Source of the DNA: Trichinella spiralis
Lineage: Eukaryota
Length of the DNA: 64,000 nt
Direction: 5' to 3'
NCBI RefSeq assembly: GCF_000181795.1
Contig: NW_003526943.1
Location: forward strand, 4,057,228-4,121,227
Shown: one piece after another, positions 51,299-64,000 of the stretch
Position numbering within the stretch: the stretch's first letter is position 1
How the letters are laid out: each line of letters starts with the position of its first letter
Program-made: the position numbers and the translations under genes
The notes under the pieces: model-generated
What the model was told of the DNA's origin: nothing
What the model saw: only the letters and a program-made list of their open reading frames with translations
The model's database searches: none

Positions 51299-51892
51299 AT
51301 GAACCGCCAACTTCGCGTTGGTAAACCAGCGCCTTTTTTCGGAGCAACCGCTGTATTCCAGGGGAGTTCGACATATGTCCGCTTGAGCGATTTCAGGGGT
51401 CGTTATTTGGTATTGTTTTTTTATCCACGAGATTTCACTCAAGTCTGCCCGACGGAAATAATTGCTCTCAGTGATCGCGTTGAAGATTTCAAGAAGCTCG
51501 ACTGTGACGTGCTGGCTTGTTCCACGGACAGCGAGTTTTCTCATATAGCTTGGATGAGAGTACCAAGAAGATGCGGAGGCTTGGGTGAAATGAATATACC
51601 AATACTGGCAGATCCAGCTCACCAGATAGCAAAGGACTACAACGTCTATGACCCCGACCGTGGACTTGCTTTGCGTGGCGTATTCATTATTGACCGCAGT
51701 AGCATCTTGCGCCAGATCATCATCAACGACTTGCAAGTTGGAAGGAACGTCGATGAGGTGCTGCGTCTCGTCCAAGCATATCGGCATACGGATGACTATG
51801 GAGAAATGTGCCCTGCAAATTGGAAACCAGGCTCTTTGACCATAGATCCGCATCCGGATCAGTGTGTTGAATATTTCTCTAAAACAGGCTGA
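51299..51892 (+). CDS. PRDX: Typical 2-Cys peroxiredoxin (thioredoxin peroxidase, Prx1/AhpC subfamily), intronless CDS
   Basis: Motifs are [26 protein letters not shown] (peroxidatic Cys), [33 protein letters not shown] (resolving Cys) and YF. The first ATG is at 51299. Confidence 0.95.
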   Translation: MNRQLRVGKPAPFFGATAVFQGSSTYVRLSDFRGRYLVLFFYPRDFTQVCPTEIIALSDRVEDFKKLDCDVLACSTDSEFSHIAWMRVPRRCGGLGEMNIPILADPAHQIAKDYNVYDPDRGLALRGVFIIDRSSILRQIIINDLQVGRNVDEVLRLVQAYRHTDDYGEMCPANWKPGSLTIDPHPDQCVEYFSKTG

Positions 51893-53266
51893 TTGTTGAC
51901 CTCTGTTGTTGCACTGCTTTCTTCTCCCTCAGGCCACAGTATTCCTTACCAATTCATTTGTCTTTTCTATTTTATCTGAACTTTTACTCATATTGTTTTA
52001 CTGATATGTTATTTTGTTTTGTCAAATCACTGTTTTATTCAAATTATTTTTGCAAAATTTGTGAAAAACATTTTCTAAATAACTGAATTGAATAATGATT
52101 TGCGAATTGTTAAATAATAAAACTTTGATATAATAATTTGTGTATGAAGCTTTCTTTATTCATATTTTCACAATTTGCGTAATGAACATTTTATAATTTA
52201 AACAGCTTCAAGCAAAATATTATACAAATATTAATCCAAGTTCATGCATATGTGTAACAATTATTTCATGATTTAATACAATTTTATTTATACTGCATAA
52301 TAAAAAAAATTTTTTGGTTTCAAATATGAAGGAAGCATTATGAAAATCTGTCATTGTAAATATGACGTGTGTCACTCCTGGTTTAATATTATTAAAACTT
52401 TTAAAATGTGTAAACTTGGAAAAAAATTTCAAATAAATATGCTTTTGTAGTTTAGTAGTTGAAAAAAACTGTTATAATGCCAATTTTACAAATCCCATTG
52501 CAGAATACTTACTGTGTAACGCACGTATGTACTATGATAAATTTATTGATTTAACATGCTATTGTTTACAATTTTTATCAGAAGATAATAATGGCAAAAC
52601 AATGAAACACACCTGCTGAATAATAATGAAATAAAAACATATTTCATGTTTTTTTTTGTTGTATCTGATGGTGCATCCGTAAAACGGACTGACAAATTGA
52701 GTGATAAATTCAATCAATAAAACAAGAGCATTAAAAAAAAGCAAAGTATTCATGAAAAAAGTTGACATATGAGCCATTTGTTCGGCATATGTAGTAAATC
52801 AAAGCAAAGTACACCGATATACTTTGACGTGTTAGTAATAGAATGAGTGAATTATTCAATTAAAAATTTGAAGCTAAACTGAAATGTATATGAAAAATTA
52901 TGACAAGATAAATTTTGTCATTCCAAAAATTTTTTCTTTTAAACCGCCATAAATTTAATGATAATAAATTAAGTTTTAAACAGTTTAACCTTTCAATATT
53001 CGCATTAGAATATAAAAAGTAATATGAATTTCATTTTATCAGTCAACAATAATTTCTGCACAAAATATAATTTGCGAAGCTAATTGAAGCAGCGTGAAAA
53101 GAAAAAGTGAAGAAGAGAAAAAATAATACTTTTTTATAATTGCAAAAGGCAACTTTTGTATATAATGAATTGTCAACAAAATTGAATTGCCAAAAAGTAC
53201 ATATGGAAAGCATTAAAATGATAATATCAATAATAAATAACATGAAATGAATATGCAAAGCATAGT

Positions 53267-55892
53267 TTAGTTGGTTATTGGAAAGCGGTTGTTGCAAAGG
53301 ATGAAAGCGAAAGTGATCAACAATATCAACATTGGAATTGGCAAACGATCAACGGATAATGGTGCTCTACTGAAAGTGTCCAGGTGGTGATGGTCGTATT
53401 TCTTGGTGCAGTTGATAATCCAAGCCGGGTCAATTTGCCCAAGCTGCTGCTGCAAAAATAAGTCAGGCGACGAACAATAGTTCCTCTTCAGCGTGTCGTT
53501 GGAGAGCTTTTGGAAATTATGCACCAACCAACCGTTACGACAAGAACAGTCCAGGTCGTTTTCCATAAATTGCAGCTCGTAGACCTGGTCGCCGGGGATT
53601 TCTTGGAACGCGTAACGAGCAATGTGGCCGATTTGATTGTTGAGCAGCTGCAACGAACCGACGTTCCGCATGCCGACAAAGCTGGAACTGCGGATGCTGG
53701 TGATGCGTGAATTGTGAATTTGCAACGTTTCCACAGTTTCCAGCTCGTCGAAAGCTTTCGGCCACAGTACGCCCAAGCTGCTCTGATCGATTCGCATACT
53801 GCTCACATGACCTAGACCGTGAAACGTGCGTGGAGCGACGCCGATCCATTCGGACCGATTGGCCTGCCAGTTGCGGATGTCCAGGAAATGGACCCGGGTA
53901 CAGTTGTAAAACGCTTCGGGTTCAATGGTCACCAAGTTCAATGGCAAATGCAAAAATTGCACATTGTACAGACCGCTGAATGCGTGCCGTTGGATGCGCG
54001 TGATGGATGTTGATCTCAGGTCCAAACCTCGGATATTTTCTGATCCGAAGAACAAATAAGCCGGCAGTTGTTCCAACGCGTCAGCACGCACGATCACCTC
54101 TTTCAATGAATGCAAATTTGCAAAACTGTACGACTGCAGATCGGAAAGTGGATTTCCAACTAATGACAAATAGCGCAATTTTGTCAAATTGTGAAACGTG
54201 TACCCTTCGATGCGTTCAATTTCACAATAGTTGAGCGTCAAACGTTCCAGTAATGGATAATAACGAAAATCATCGCCACTTATGCGCGCCATTGTCGCCC
54301 TGGCTATGGTCAAATTGCGCAATTTCGGTGACATCTCTTGGGGAATTTTTTCCAACATCACACCATCGCATATCACCTTCAACGGTATTTCATTTCAGTA
54401 AGATAAAATAAAATACTTTCGAAATAAATGTGTTTAATCATTTTTGATTAATTGGAGCTGTAGCAAAGTAATTCATAATTATTTGAAATATTTCAAAGTT
54501 TCCCATTAAAATAAATTCTTTAAAAATTTGTTTACATGAAAAATAAATATGTGACGTGACAATCAATCTGAATAATGTGATCAGAAAAAATATTTGAAAT
54601 TTTATTCCTATAAACTCTGTGCATTTCCACTGCTGAAAGCTAGTTTAACGGAAAGCTAGCTAGCTTGCTAATATTTTCTTTCTTGTATATATTGTTTCAC
54701 TGCTGAATGCGGCTATTCTTTTAAGGATGATAAAAAATTTATCTCTAAAATTTCCAATTAGCTGTCGATAAAATGCAAAATTAAATTCTACTTCAATATG
54801 TTGATATTATTTTATTTGAAAACTGTAGTAACAGTTTTTAACTAAAAATTTACTGACAAATACAAACACAAATATAAATTTGATTTTATAATAATTAAAG
54901 ATTACTGTGCGTTTTGAATAAAAATTTTGTTGAATCAAATTGCTACCTAGCAACCGAAATCATATTTTTTTTGCTAGGATGGGTAAACGCTTTTAACTAT
55001 AACCCTATTGTTAAAATTCAAGTAACAGGAAAAATCTGCCCCAAATCCGCATAAATGAAACAGATTTTGCTGCTTTCCATCTGAAAAAAAAACAAAGCAA
55101 ACAGCTTTTCAATATACATGACTTGCCAGCCGGGCTGCTTTTAACATTTACTTCCCTCTTAACTTGAAAATTTCATTGTCATCTTGTAATACTTTGAATA
55201 TCTTTTCACATTCACAAAATAATGAAATTTTATCCACATGTTAACCTGAAACTCAAATAGTGCAAATAGATCTGTTTACAAAATACTCATAAAAATCTTT
55301 AATAAAACAAATAAATAAATGTAAAATCAAAATTAAAAAATCAATATTAGTTAATATCAAGCATTGTAATGTAAAACCCCAACTGCAATCAAACTCCTTT
55401 GATGAATCGAAGTAGAAGAGGTATATTCAATAGCCATATTTATATTCATTATCAACAAATATCAGTTTCAGATTGATGCAAATCAGTGGTTTAAACAGAG
55501 AAGTAATTATCTATAAACCAAGCTTAAGAAAAGCAAAATTTGCAGCAAGCTGAAATCGATGTTCAATTTCTTATTATCTCATTGCCAAGGTGATTGTTGG
55601 TGATTATTCAATGTTAATCAATTTTAAATGAATTGTCAGATTCAGGGGTGGATTCAGAAGAACAAAATTAAATGGGAAAATGCAAATCTCTGTGGATAAG
55701 GACATTGAAAGCAGACAGGACGGAAAGAATTGCAAATGAACGTTTTACCTCTTGTTCAGTTGGACAAAGACACCCTTTTGGACAAAACAGTGACTCTTGG
55801 AATGAGGCGCTTGAAACATCCAGCAGAAGAAGCTTTACCGCCAAACAGGCGACAAGCAGGCGCCAATGACAAAAAACTGCTGACCAGCGCAT
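53267..55892 (-). CDS. Extracellular leucine-rich-repeat-only protein with a C-terminal hydrophobic anchor (TM or GPI signal), 2 coding exons
   Basis: Exon 55749-55892 (signal peptide plus LRRNT CPKGCLC, GAG|GTAAAA) joins in phase 0 to exon 53267-54376 (VICD, ~10 LRRs, LRRCT NDLDCSC..W..C, hydrophobic IPMLILLITFAFILC tail). Confidence 0.9.
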
Positions 55893-58800
55893 GAATTCGG
55901 GCACCGGTTTAGCCAGGATGCACTCTCTGAAAAATTGACAGCCACAATTTTAGAAAAATTAATCAATAATAAAGAGTAAAATAAATAATGATCATAAGAA
56001 AACGAAGAAGCTTGTATACTCGAAGCTGTTACTAACACGGCAAGCTTAACAAATAGAAGTAGCTAAATGAATGAGAGAAAATCGAGTTCATATATATATA
56101 TATATAACTGCCCTCCCAGTAGTTGAGCGTCTAGCTGAAACAAAAAAAAGAGATGCCGACACATGTTTTGAAAATGAAAGCTAAATGCTTTAGCACCGCG
56201 GGCTAGGGAGAAAATTGCCAACTGAACTGAACATATTTTGCAAAGAGCACATTTTAAAGCATGTCGGCTTGTTTTTAAAATTAAGTGATAAACTTCTTCA
56301 CCATTTAAATGGATTTGATCAAGTTAGCAAAGAGTGCTCTCCCATACATCTGCTAAATGACATACGGTTCTAACAGCGTTGATATAAACAGATTAGTTAC
56401 GCGACACTGTGGCGAGTAGGCATGCTGAAACACGCCTACGTTTTAACCACAAATAGCTGAACGGCCAATAATTGATAAACATTCGCCGACAGCTGACTGT
56501 GTTAGCAGGGCACTTTATTGTCACATTAATCGTGCAGTCAGAAAATCAACCACTGCTAAAGACAGAAAGCTCATCTTTAGCTGGCAATAAAAAATTGCTC
56601 ATGTGACGTAACGTTTGCAATATTTTTCATGTAATTTCAAAAGATAGGTTGACATTTCAATAACAACAACAACAACAACAACAACAAGTGGAAGATTTGT
56701 TTTTTTTTTGCTTTTTCCAAGAGATATAATATATATATATGTATATGATGTATAACGTTAGCGGCTTCATATTAGCCAGGCAGGCACTGACAACACGTTT
56801 ACATGCTAGCATGTTGAGCAACTGATCAAACTGAGGCGCAAATGTAATTAATCCTTTGCACATCTTTGCGTCGAATAAGCTGACAAAGCAGAGTAAGCAT
56901 GTGAACATGATTGCCGGAGGACAGCCGACGGGGAAAAATCATCACTCACCCCAACTTTGCTATTTTGCAAAAGTTCATTCTTGATATGCTTTTATTAAAA
57001 CATTTCCTATTTGAATTTTAAATTTTATTGAAGAAATACTTTTCACTTGTTCAAATGAAAAGTTGCTTTTAATTAATAATTTTAATATTGAAAAAATACA
57101 AAAATAGTTTATACAAGTAGTTTCATAAAATTGCAATATTATGCAGAAAATTTTGCATTCTGCTTTTGATTAATTTATTTTTCAAAAAAAAAAAATTCTT
57201 CAGCTTTTGTGATTTGCCAAGCGTTTTTGCATCATTGCAAAAAGTAATTTCATCAATCTTTTATGGCACAAAGTTTTTTTTATTCAATATGCTGCACATA
57301 TGAAAAAATTATAAAAATTGCTTTAAACAAAGTTTGAACTAGTTAAACCAATAAATGTTACACTACTAGTTTACAATTGGAAAGAAATTTTGATTATTTG
57401 GTAAAGTTAAGCTTATTATTTTAAACAAATACGATTGAAAATTGAAATTGTTCATCAAAAAAAATTTATTTCGAAAAAATGCTGTTTGAAAAATTTCATT
57501 CAAACCAGAAAATTATTTTTGAAGGTTCACAATGGTGTTAAATAATTATTAGTAATTTTTCTTTTTAATAATCAATTTGGACAAACTCTATTATCCATTC
57601 TATTACTACACGTAACTTCATCTGACTTTACTTGAATTTTAAAGCGGGTATTTCTTTAACAGGACGAAACATGTTTCATTTGTTATTCACATTATAAAAA
57701 TGATCTTTGTTAATTTTTCTGCAACCAGCATAAGCACAATGCAAAAACCAGTTAACTTTATTGTTCGACGTCAAAGCTGGAAATTATTCAGCGGAAAAAA
57801 GAATAACGCAAAAGAAATTTTGGTAGAAGTAAAAAATCAAGCGAAGCTTAAATTGTCATAACAAATGCTGTGATAAATTAAAATAGAAAAGCACAGTGCA
57901 CAATATTAAATTTGCTTACTGCAAGAAATAATCAAAGAAAATGTAAAGAGCCAAACAAAAACTTATTTTGCATTTATTTAACCGAAGCTATTCAATTCTT
58001 CAAGTGAAGCCAGTTAACTGTACAAATATAATAGTATAAGCCGTCAATGACAAAAGTAAATTATTTTCACAATGGAAGTTTAAAATCAGTTTCAAATGTA
58101 ATTTAAATAAATACAAACGTGTATATTACATCATGATGCTATAAAGATTCAAAAATGAAATACAAATTTTTATACATTACATGCATTTAATTCACATTCA
58201 ATGTTTCAGTTATCAGCATGCATTATGAAAATAAATTTAAAATATGCTTTCATGTGAGATGATAGTCACTTGCAATTTTCAGTAACTACTTCTGTACTAT
58301 CTTGCTTATACAGACACGTACACGTACGTATAATCTAATATATATATATACATGTATAATCTTCTATAAGCAAACATTCTTAAATCATGCATAATTAATT
58401 TATTAAAATGATCTGGGTATTTATTCAAATGGAATGAAATTCCAAAATAACTTTTTTAAGGAAATCAAAAAACAGATCGATTATAAAAGCCTTATTGCTA
58501 TCAAACCTTGAAATAAATCTTTGCAAGGAATTTTTTTTATCAAATTACCTTACCCAAATTTGACACAATGACAACACTTATTAAAATATTCTTCAAATTA
58601 TGCATTGCACTGAATTATTTGATTTTCATAAATGGAACGCCTGACGCTTTGCAAAACATGTAAAAAGTTAAGAAAACAGATTAAAGCCGAAACTAAAATA
58701 AAACAAATCAAAATATTAACTCATTGATGTTTCATTACTTTTGCAAAATGTTAACCAAAAAAATAAAAAAAGTAACTAAATAAAAGAAATAAATGAAACA

Positions 58801-60019
58801 AAATTGCAAGCAAATCCCTAATTCAATCGAAAGCATCAGACTAATGCTAGCAGGTTCTAAAGACTGGAAGCGGTAAATTTGCAATTATTTGCAATAAAAA
58901 CAACAAAGTATGTACTGCAAACTTAAAATAGAAACACAAGTCAACTTCACGCAAATGGTTAAAACTTGCAACATTAATAAATTAACTTTTTCTAAAGAAA
59001 TTTTCCAAAAATTAGATTAAAAATTACAACTTTATCATATTATCATCTGCAATTTATTTAATATTCGTATACTTTGCAAGGAAAGCTTTAACAATGCCTT
59101 TTCTGCTTCATTGCAATGCAAAAGAAAGACGAAATTCAATTTGTAAATCAAATTCAGCTATGCATAAATGGTTGCTATTTAAATTTTGAGCGTCACTTCT
59201 GTTTAAATTTTTCTCTGCATCCCATTTTGCAGCTCGATAATTTTAACGATAGAATTGTAAATGTGCAATATTATGCAACATAAAAAACTAGCATTTGTTA
59301 AGTATATGCATTAATAAAATAGGAAAGCTTTAAAATTTTTTTTTCAAATCTTGCACAAATACACAAACATTGGCATGAAACCAGAATAAGACAAAGTAAG
59401 AACCAGAAATCTTCAAATTTCTAAGACCACAACTATCGCAACGCAATGCAAGTTGAAAAGAAAATATGACCAGAAACAAGGCTAACAAGATATTACTCAA
59501 CAAAACAATGACAGCGTGAGAAGCGACTGTCAAAAATGCCAGTCTTTCAAGGCATGGGCATTTGAATATTACATTATACTGTTATTTCCATATCTGCCTG
59601 TTTACTTCTGCTGCCTCCCTTACCATAGTTATTCTGCTTTTGAATATGTATAGCAACTGCTTATCTTACGCTAACGCCCAAAAATACCAACTACATGGCA
59701 CCTGTAAGAAGAATGAAATCAAATTAAAATGGATATGAATTGAAGCTTTCTATCCAGATAACAATAATTCTTTGGAGCTGTATCTTACACTCAGTGTAAT
59801 CAAGCAAATAATAACAACAGTAGAAAAAAAGCGAGCAATCCTATTTAGGGTAGCATTGAAAAAATAAATTAGTTCAAGTATTAGTGCGCTTGAGTACGCT
59901 ATTACATCAATGTAAAGAAGAACCTGTAGCTGTAACATCATTTATTTGCACTGTTTCTTTAACTGAATACTGTATTAGATAAACAGTGCGACAAAACATT
60001 CTGTAACCTGCTCGACAAG

Positions 60020-61000
60020 CACATTGGGTTATTCTTGCCATCTCCACATTAAAAGGAATAGTAAGTGTAGAATTTATGGGGACTGCAGAGACAAATTAAT
60101 TGTCGACACTAACTAACGTCGCTAATGCGCAGTGCTAGCTAGATTGGCTAGTTGAATCTTATTTAGAAAATTATGCCTAGCTCAAGTCAATTTTGCTAAA
60201 GGTTGCGAAAACAATGGCAGAACTGTTATAACACATCTAGCTCATTAATGCCTAAGCAATTACCATTTGAAACCGATATAACTCTTGCCATTTTTCAGAG
60301 ATTTATTGATGCCCTGTTTGATGGTGTGAAACGATTCTTCGAAGATATTTTAATTAAATAAAGCAATAAAAATGAACACTGTAATTTAATAAAAAACGGT
60401 CCTGCAGAGTCTTTAAAAACGTACTATTAAATTTATACGGCTACTTTCTTTCAAAGAAAGCTAGCATTTTAGAGCCACACCATGAGATTTTAGATTTGGA
60501 AGCAACACAGAATGATATTTCAAAAAGCAAAAGCTATGCATTTGCCAATGAAGTAAAGTAATTCATGATGCTTCATTCCATGATTTAGGGGCAGTGCTAA
60601 TAGTCGTGAAACAACAAAAAAAATTTGCTGCTAAAATGACTGAGTCAAAAAAACCCAATTATGAACAAACTGATAAACATGCACTAGCAGTTGTATTTGA
60701 AATAAAAATATTCCACAAATAGCTCTATAATATATGCTTCTAAATATAAAAACAAGTCTATACTGGAATTATTGAAAGTACAAAGCTCCATGTACTCAGT
60801 AGATTCTGATGTTAGGTGCCTTTGGCTGTTAACTGTTTCAAAATATGAAAAATCCAAAAAATGAAGACGCATTGTATCGGTAAGCGAATTTCAATTGCGG
60901 TTTGCAAATGCAATAAAAATATTTATTTCAAAATTTACAAAAATATCCTTTATTATCTCGTATATTAAGGGGTACTGTGGGGTGCATGGGTAAAAGCGAA
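60020..61000 (+). mobile_element. Highly degenerate Ty3/gypsy retrotransposon pol relic (RT and RNase H)
   Basis: Fragments appear in correct pol order with stops and frameshifts: RIYGD (~60070), FRKLCLAQ (~60165), QLPFETDITLAIFQRFIDALFDG..FFEDILI (~60257-60355), DASFHDLGAVL (~60567), NYEQTDKHALAVVFEIKIFHK*LY (~60657) and NEDALYR (~60860). Confidence 0.75.
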
Positions 61001-64000
61001 GATAAGCAATGAGTAGAAACTGTTTCATATAAAGAAAACCAAATCGTTTCTTCACATAAATTGCTAAATGTGGAGAAATCTAGTGATAATATTAACTAGA
61101 GCAAAGAAAGACATCCTTAATATCAGTGACATTCAAAATTGTGCGCATGAATACGTTAGCTAGATGCTGGCTACAGAGGCCCATTTTGGATAATGACATT
61201 AAACAATTAGAGAGGCAGTGCAGTCAATGCCAAGAAGCATCAATTCACTAGATACGGCCGTCAGAGATGCTAACCTTTATAACCTTAACCGCAGATTACA
61301 AACGCTCCTGAGTATTATTTACACAGAGTATGTGAAAGACTTCTGTTAGGCAGCTGATCTGCCAAAGAAAACTCGAGAATGCTGATGTGATGAAAAGCCG
61401 TTCACATGAGAATGGATATCAGCATAAGTTCAAGAATACTCTGAATCTATATTATTCAAAATCTGAACACCAGAATGCTGGTGCACAGACGACATATCGA
61501 CTTGTTGATCTGACGGCTAACAGCAATAAAGTCAAGAGAAACTTCAAATAAAAAAAATGGAAATCTGAATTTAGACAGTTGAAACCTACAGATAGTGACA
61601 TGGCAAATTGAAACAGTATTAGAAGACTGATGAAAAGAGTGGAGATGAGAAATGAAGACATTATAGAGCAAATGCTGCATCGAAACAAATAAAGCGAAAA
61701 TGTCGACCAAAATATCCAGACAGTGACATTTGCCGTGCCACAAAATGACGTAGCATTGCAATATAATAACTATTTTAGAAAACAAATACATTAATCAGAA
61801 TAAGAATTAAGAAAGAAATGGAAAACTGCTAATTAAAAGAAAAATAAGGCAGAAATTTGACAGCTCGCAATGTACCCCAAACTGCCATTAGGTAATAACA
61901 GCAAAATTGTTTTATTATTGCATAAAAATATAAAATCAGTTTGTCTGAAATAAATTTTGAAAACATTAAAGCTGTTTAAGAAGATATCGATCAATATAAT
62001 ATTCTTACTGCTTTGGATGCAATCTGACCAGATGATCAGTGGACAACAACAAGTCGACGAAATAATAACAATACCAATGCCCACACGGGGTCTGATCATC
62101 CAGAAAATGCAGCTGTTCTAATGTGAGCTTTCAGTCTGTCTGCTTTGCCTACTAATGCTCCCCGCCCATCTTCACGTCAGGCACATCTCCGTTTATTATA
62201 AGGTAAAATCAATATTGTTGGAAATGTCAAATTATAACCAATTGAAATCAGCTAGTCTAATTTTAACATTGAGCAAAATGGATAATAATATACCTGATTT
62301 TCAGAGTGAAAAAAAATACTCATTGCAATTGTCGAGTTCCACATGAGGTAACTGGTATGCTTTAGTTGTTGTTCAATTTTGGGTGTGACGGAGCTTGGAC
62401 AACTTAATCAAAGTACAATGCACGGTCAAATCGCTTCTCAAGGTGACCTAGTAGCCAATTGTCCACAACAAGCAACCGTGGTAATGAAATGTCGAGGAAG
62501 AAGAACCGGCCTGTATTCGCTGTTTGTACATTGAATTTGGCCACTTTTCTAGAAACTCGTCCACTAAAAGCGACAATTCATGCAGTTAGTAGTAAACTAA
62601 AGCAGAAGTGCCGCCGCCCCAAACACATCGCCTTAGTAGCAACTACTCGACGTCTCGAAACGTCTCGAAAGCACAACGACGATGCAAAAAATGCAGCATC
62701 ATCATCATTACCACTACCACAAGCAGCAGCAGCAACAACAACAACAACAACGTAAATAAATGACATCCAACTGACTAACAGTTTATGACAAGAACAACTG
62801 CAATTGAGCAATTAGCTTGCAACCGCTGTCCACATGTGCTTTCACGGGTCATTGAAAATGTGCCTCAGCCTATGTTATGGCATTCAACTTTTATTTTAAT
62901 GCGCACGTTTTATTTTTCCTATTATTCTTATTTCTTATAAAATTTCACATTTAGCAGTTTCATTTATTGACTTTAACCATTTTTCTTTGACAAATATATT
63001 AAAATTCATTTCCTGATTGATAATTCATCATCATAAGCATTTGATGCTAAAGATGAATCTGTGCGATTTTTCATTATATTTCGTTTAATCAATTTTATAA
63101 ATTATTTTTTATTTAGTTTTAAAGGAGAAGTAACTTTAAAAAAATTCCAATGTATAATCATAAAATTTCTTGTTTTAATTTTTACGAAGCTTTCTTTGAA
63201 AGAATTTAACTGCCGACGGCAGTGATAATTGATTTTTCACTTTACAGAAGGTCGTTTCGTTTGAGACTGTTCTTATCAAGATAAACCTATTTAATGCTAA
63301 ACAAAATGGTTTTTTCAACCTCTTCTTGCACTATTTTAAATAAATTTTGATTTGTTTTTCTTAAAATCAAGCGACTTTGAATTCAAAGGCAAAACCCCCT
63401 TTCAAATTATTGATGCACACGTTATTTGCTGACTATCTTAATTCCGATTGGATTATAGTTTTATTCTTTAATGATGAATGAAATGTATCGGTTGGACAAT
63501 TCTTATAATTGCGCTTGATGAATTAATAATATCTGAGCACGAACGTTTAATTTACACTGAAAATAAAGGTACTGTAGATGGTTTTGTTCGTCATGGATTT
63601 ACACCTTGGGCAAAAAGACTAGTCAACTATCAAATATTGTAATTTTTATCCATACGTAATATACAAAATTAATTATATTTAACAATTGCAATCAATTACA
63701 TTTATTCATTGCAAAAGTAACTAGTTCAATGTGAAACGCTTAATTACAAATTAATCAATTTGTACACTGTCATTCAATTGGGAGGTGAAAGCTTTGTATG
63801 AAAAAAGCCAGCTGGTGTATAGGGATAGCATAGGATACGTGTTTCATTGATTTTTTGGGTAATTATTATTACGGTTTACATAACAATAGGCAAGAAAGCT
63901 TTATTGTACAAAAAGCGCAACTACACTCCAAAGCAAAGTCAAATGCACTTCAATTATCACAACAGAATTGATAGAAGTTATTGCACTTTTCAAACAGCAT

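Noticed and set aside
51215..51853. 212-aa ORF antisense to the peroxiredoxin
   Set aside because: It is a shadow ORF with no recognisable motifs.
56416..56439. GC-rich hairpin GTAGGCATG-CTGAAA-CACGCCTAC as a Helitron 3' end
   Set aside because: There is no CTRR terminus at the expected distance on either strand.
59330..59941. Hydrophobic minus-strand ORFs suggesting a multipass membrane gene
   Set aside because: I could not build a consistent spliced model, and T-rich DNA yields hydrophobic ORFs by chance.

Overview
This is AT-rich eukaryotic DNA with short GT-AG introns, T-rich/TTTCAG-type acceptors, microsatellites and four N gaps. It looks like a nematode genome, probably Trichinella-like (inference only). 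Genes reconstructed by hand-splicing are: NDUFB10 (+); POLR3E/RPC5 (-, 5' end lost near a gap); a decayed intron-containing actin pseudogene (-); a secreted LDL-receptor class A repeat protein with a (LPELPDI)n tail (-); a single-coding-exon LRR-Ig-FN3 receptor (+); a same-strand run of PKA type I regulatory subunit, CLPTM1, METTL22 and otopetrin (-); an intronless 2-Cys peroxiredoxin (+); and an extracellular LRR protein (-). Mobile DNA includes a ~300-bp inverted repeat pair, a TA-flanked MITE, an LTR-like segment, a Tigger/pogo-type relic and a degenerate Ty3/gypsy pol relic. The most interesting signal is in the 12-kb first intron of the PKA-R gene. It holds up to four additional ATG-initiated, phase-0 first exons that would replace the dimerization/docking domain with different N-termini, including a Met-Gly myristoylation-type one. 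No CRISPR array, rRNA or tRNA was seen.
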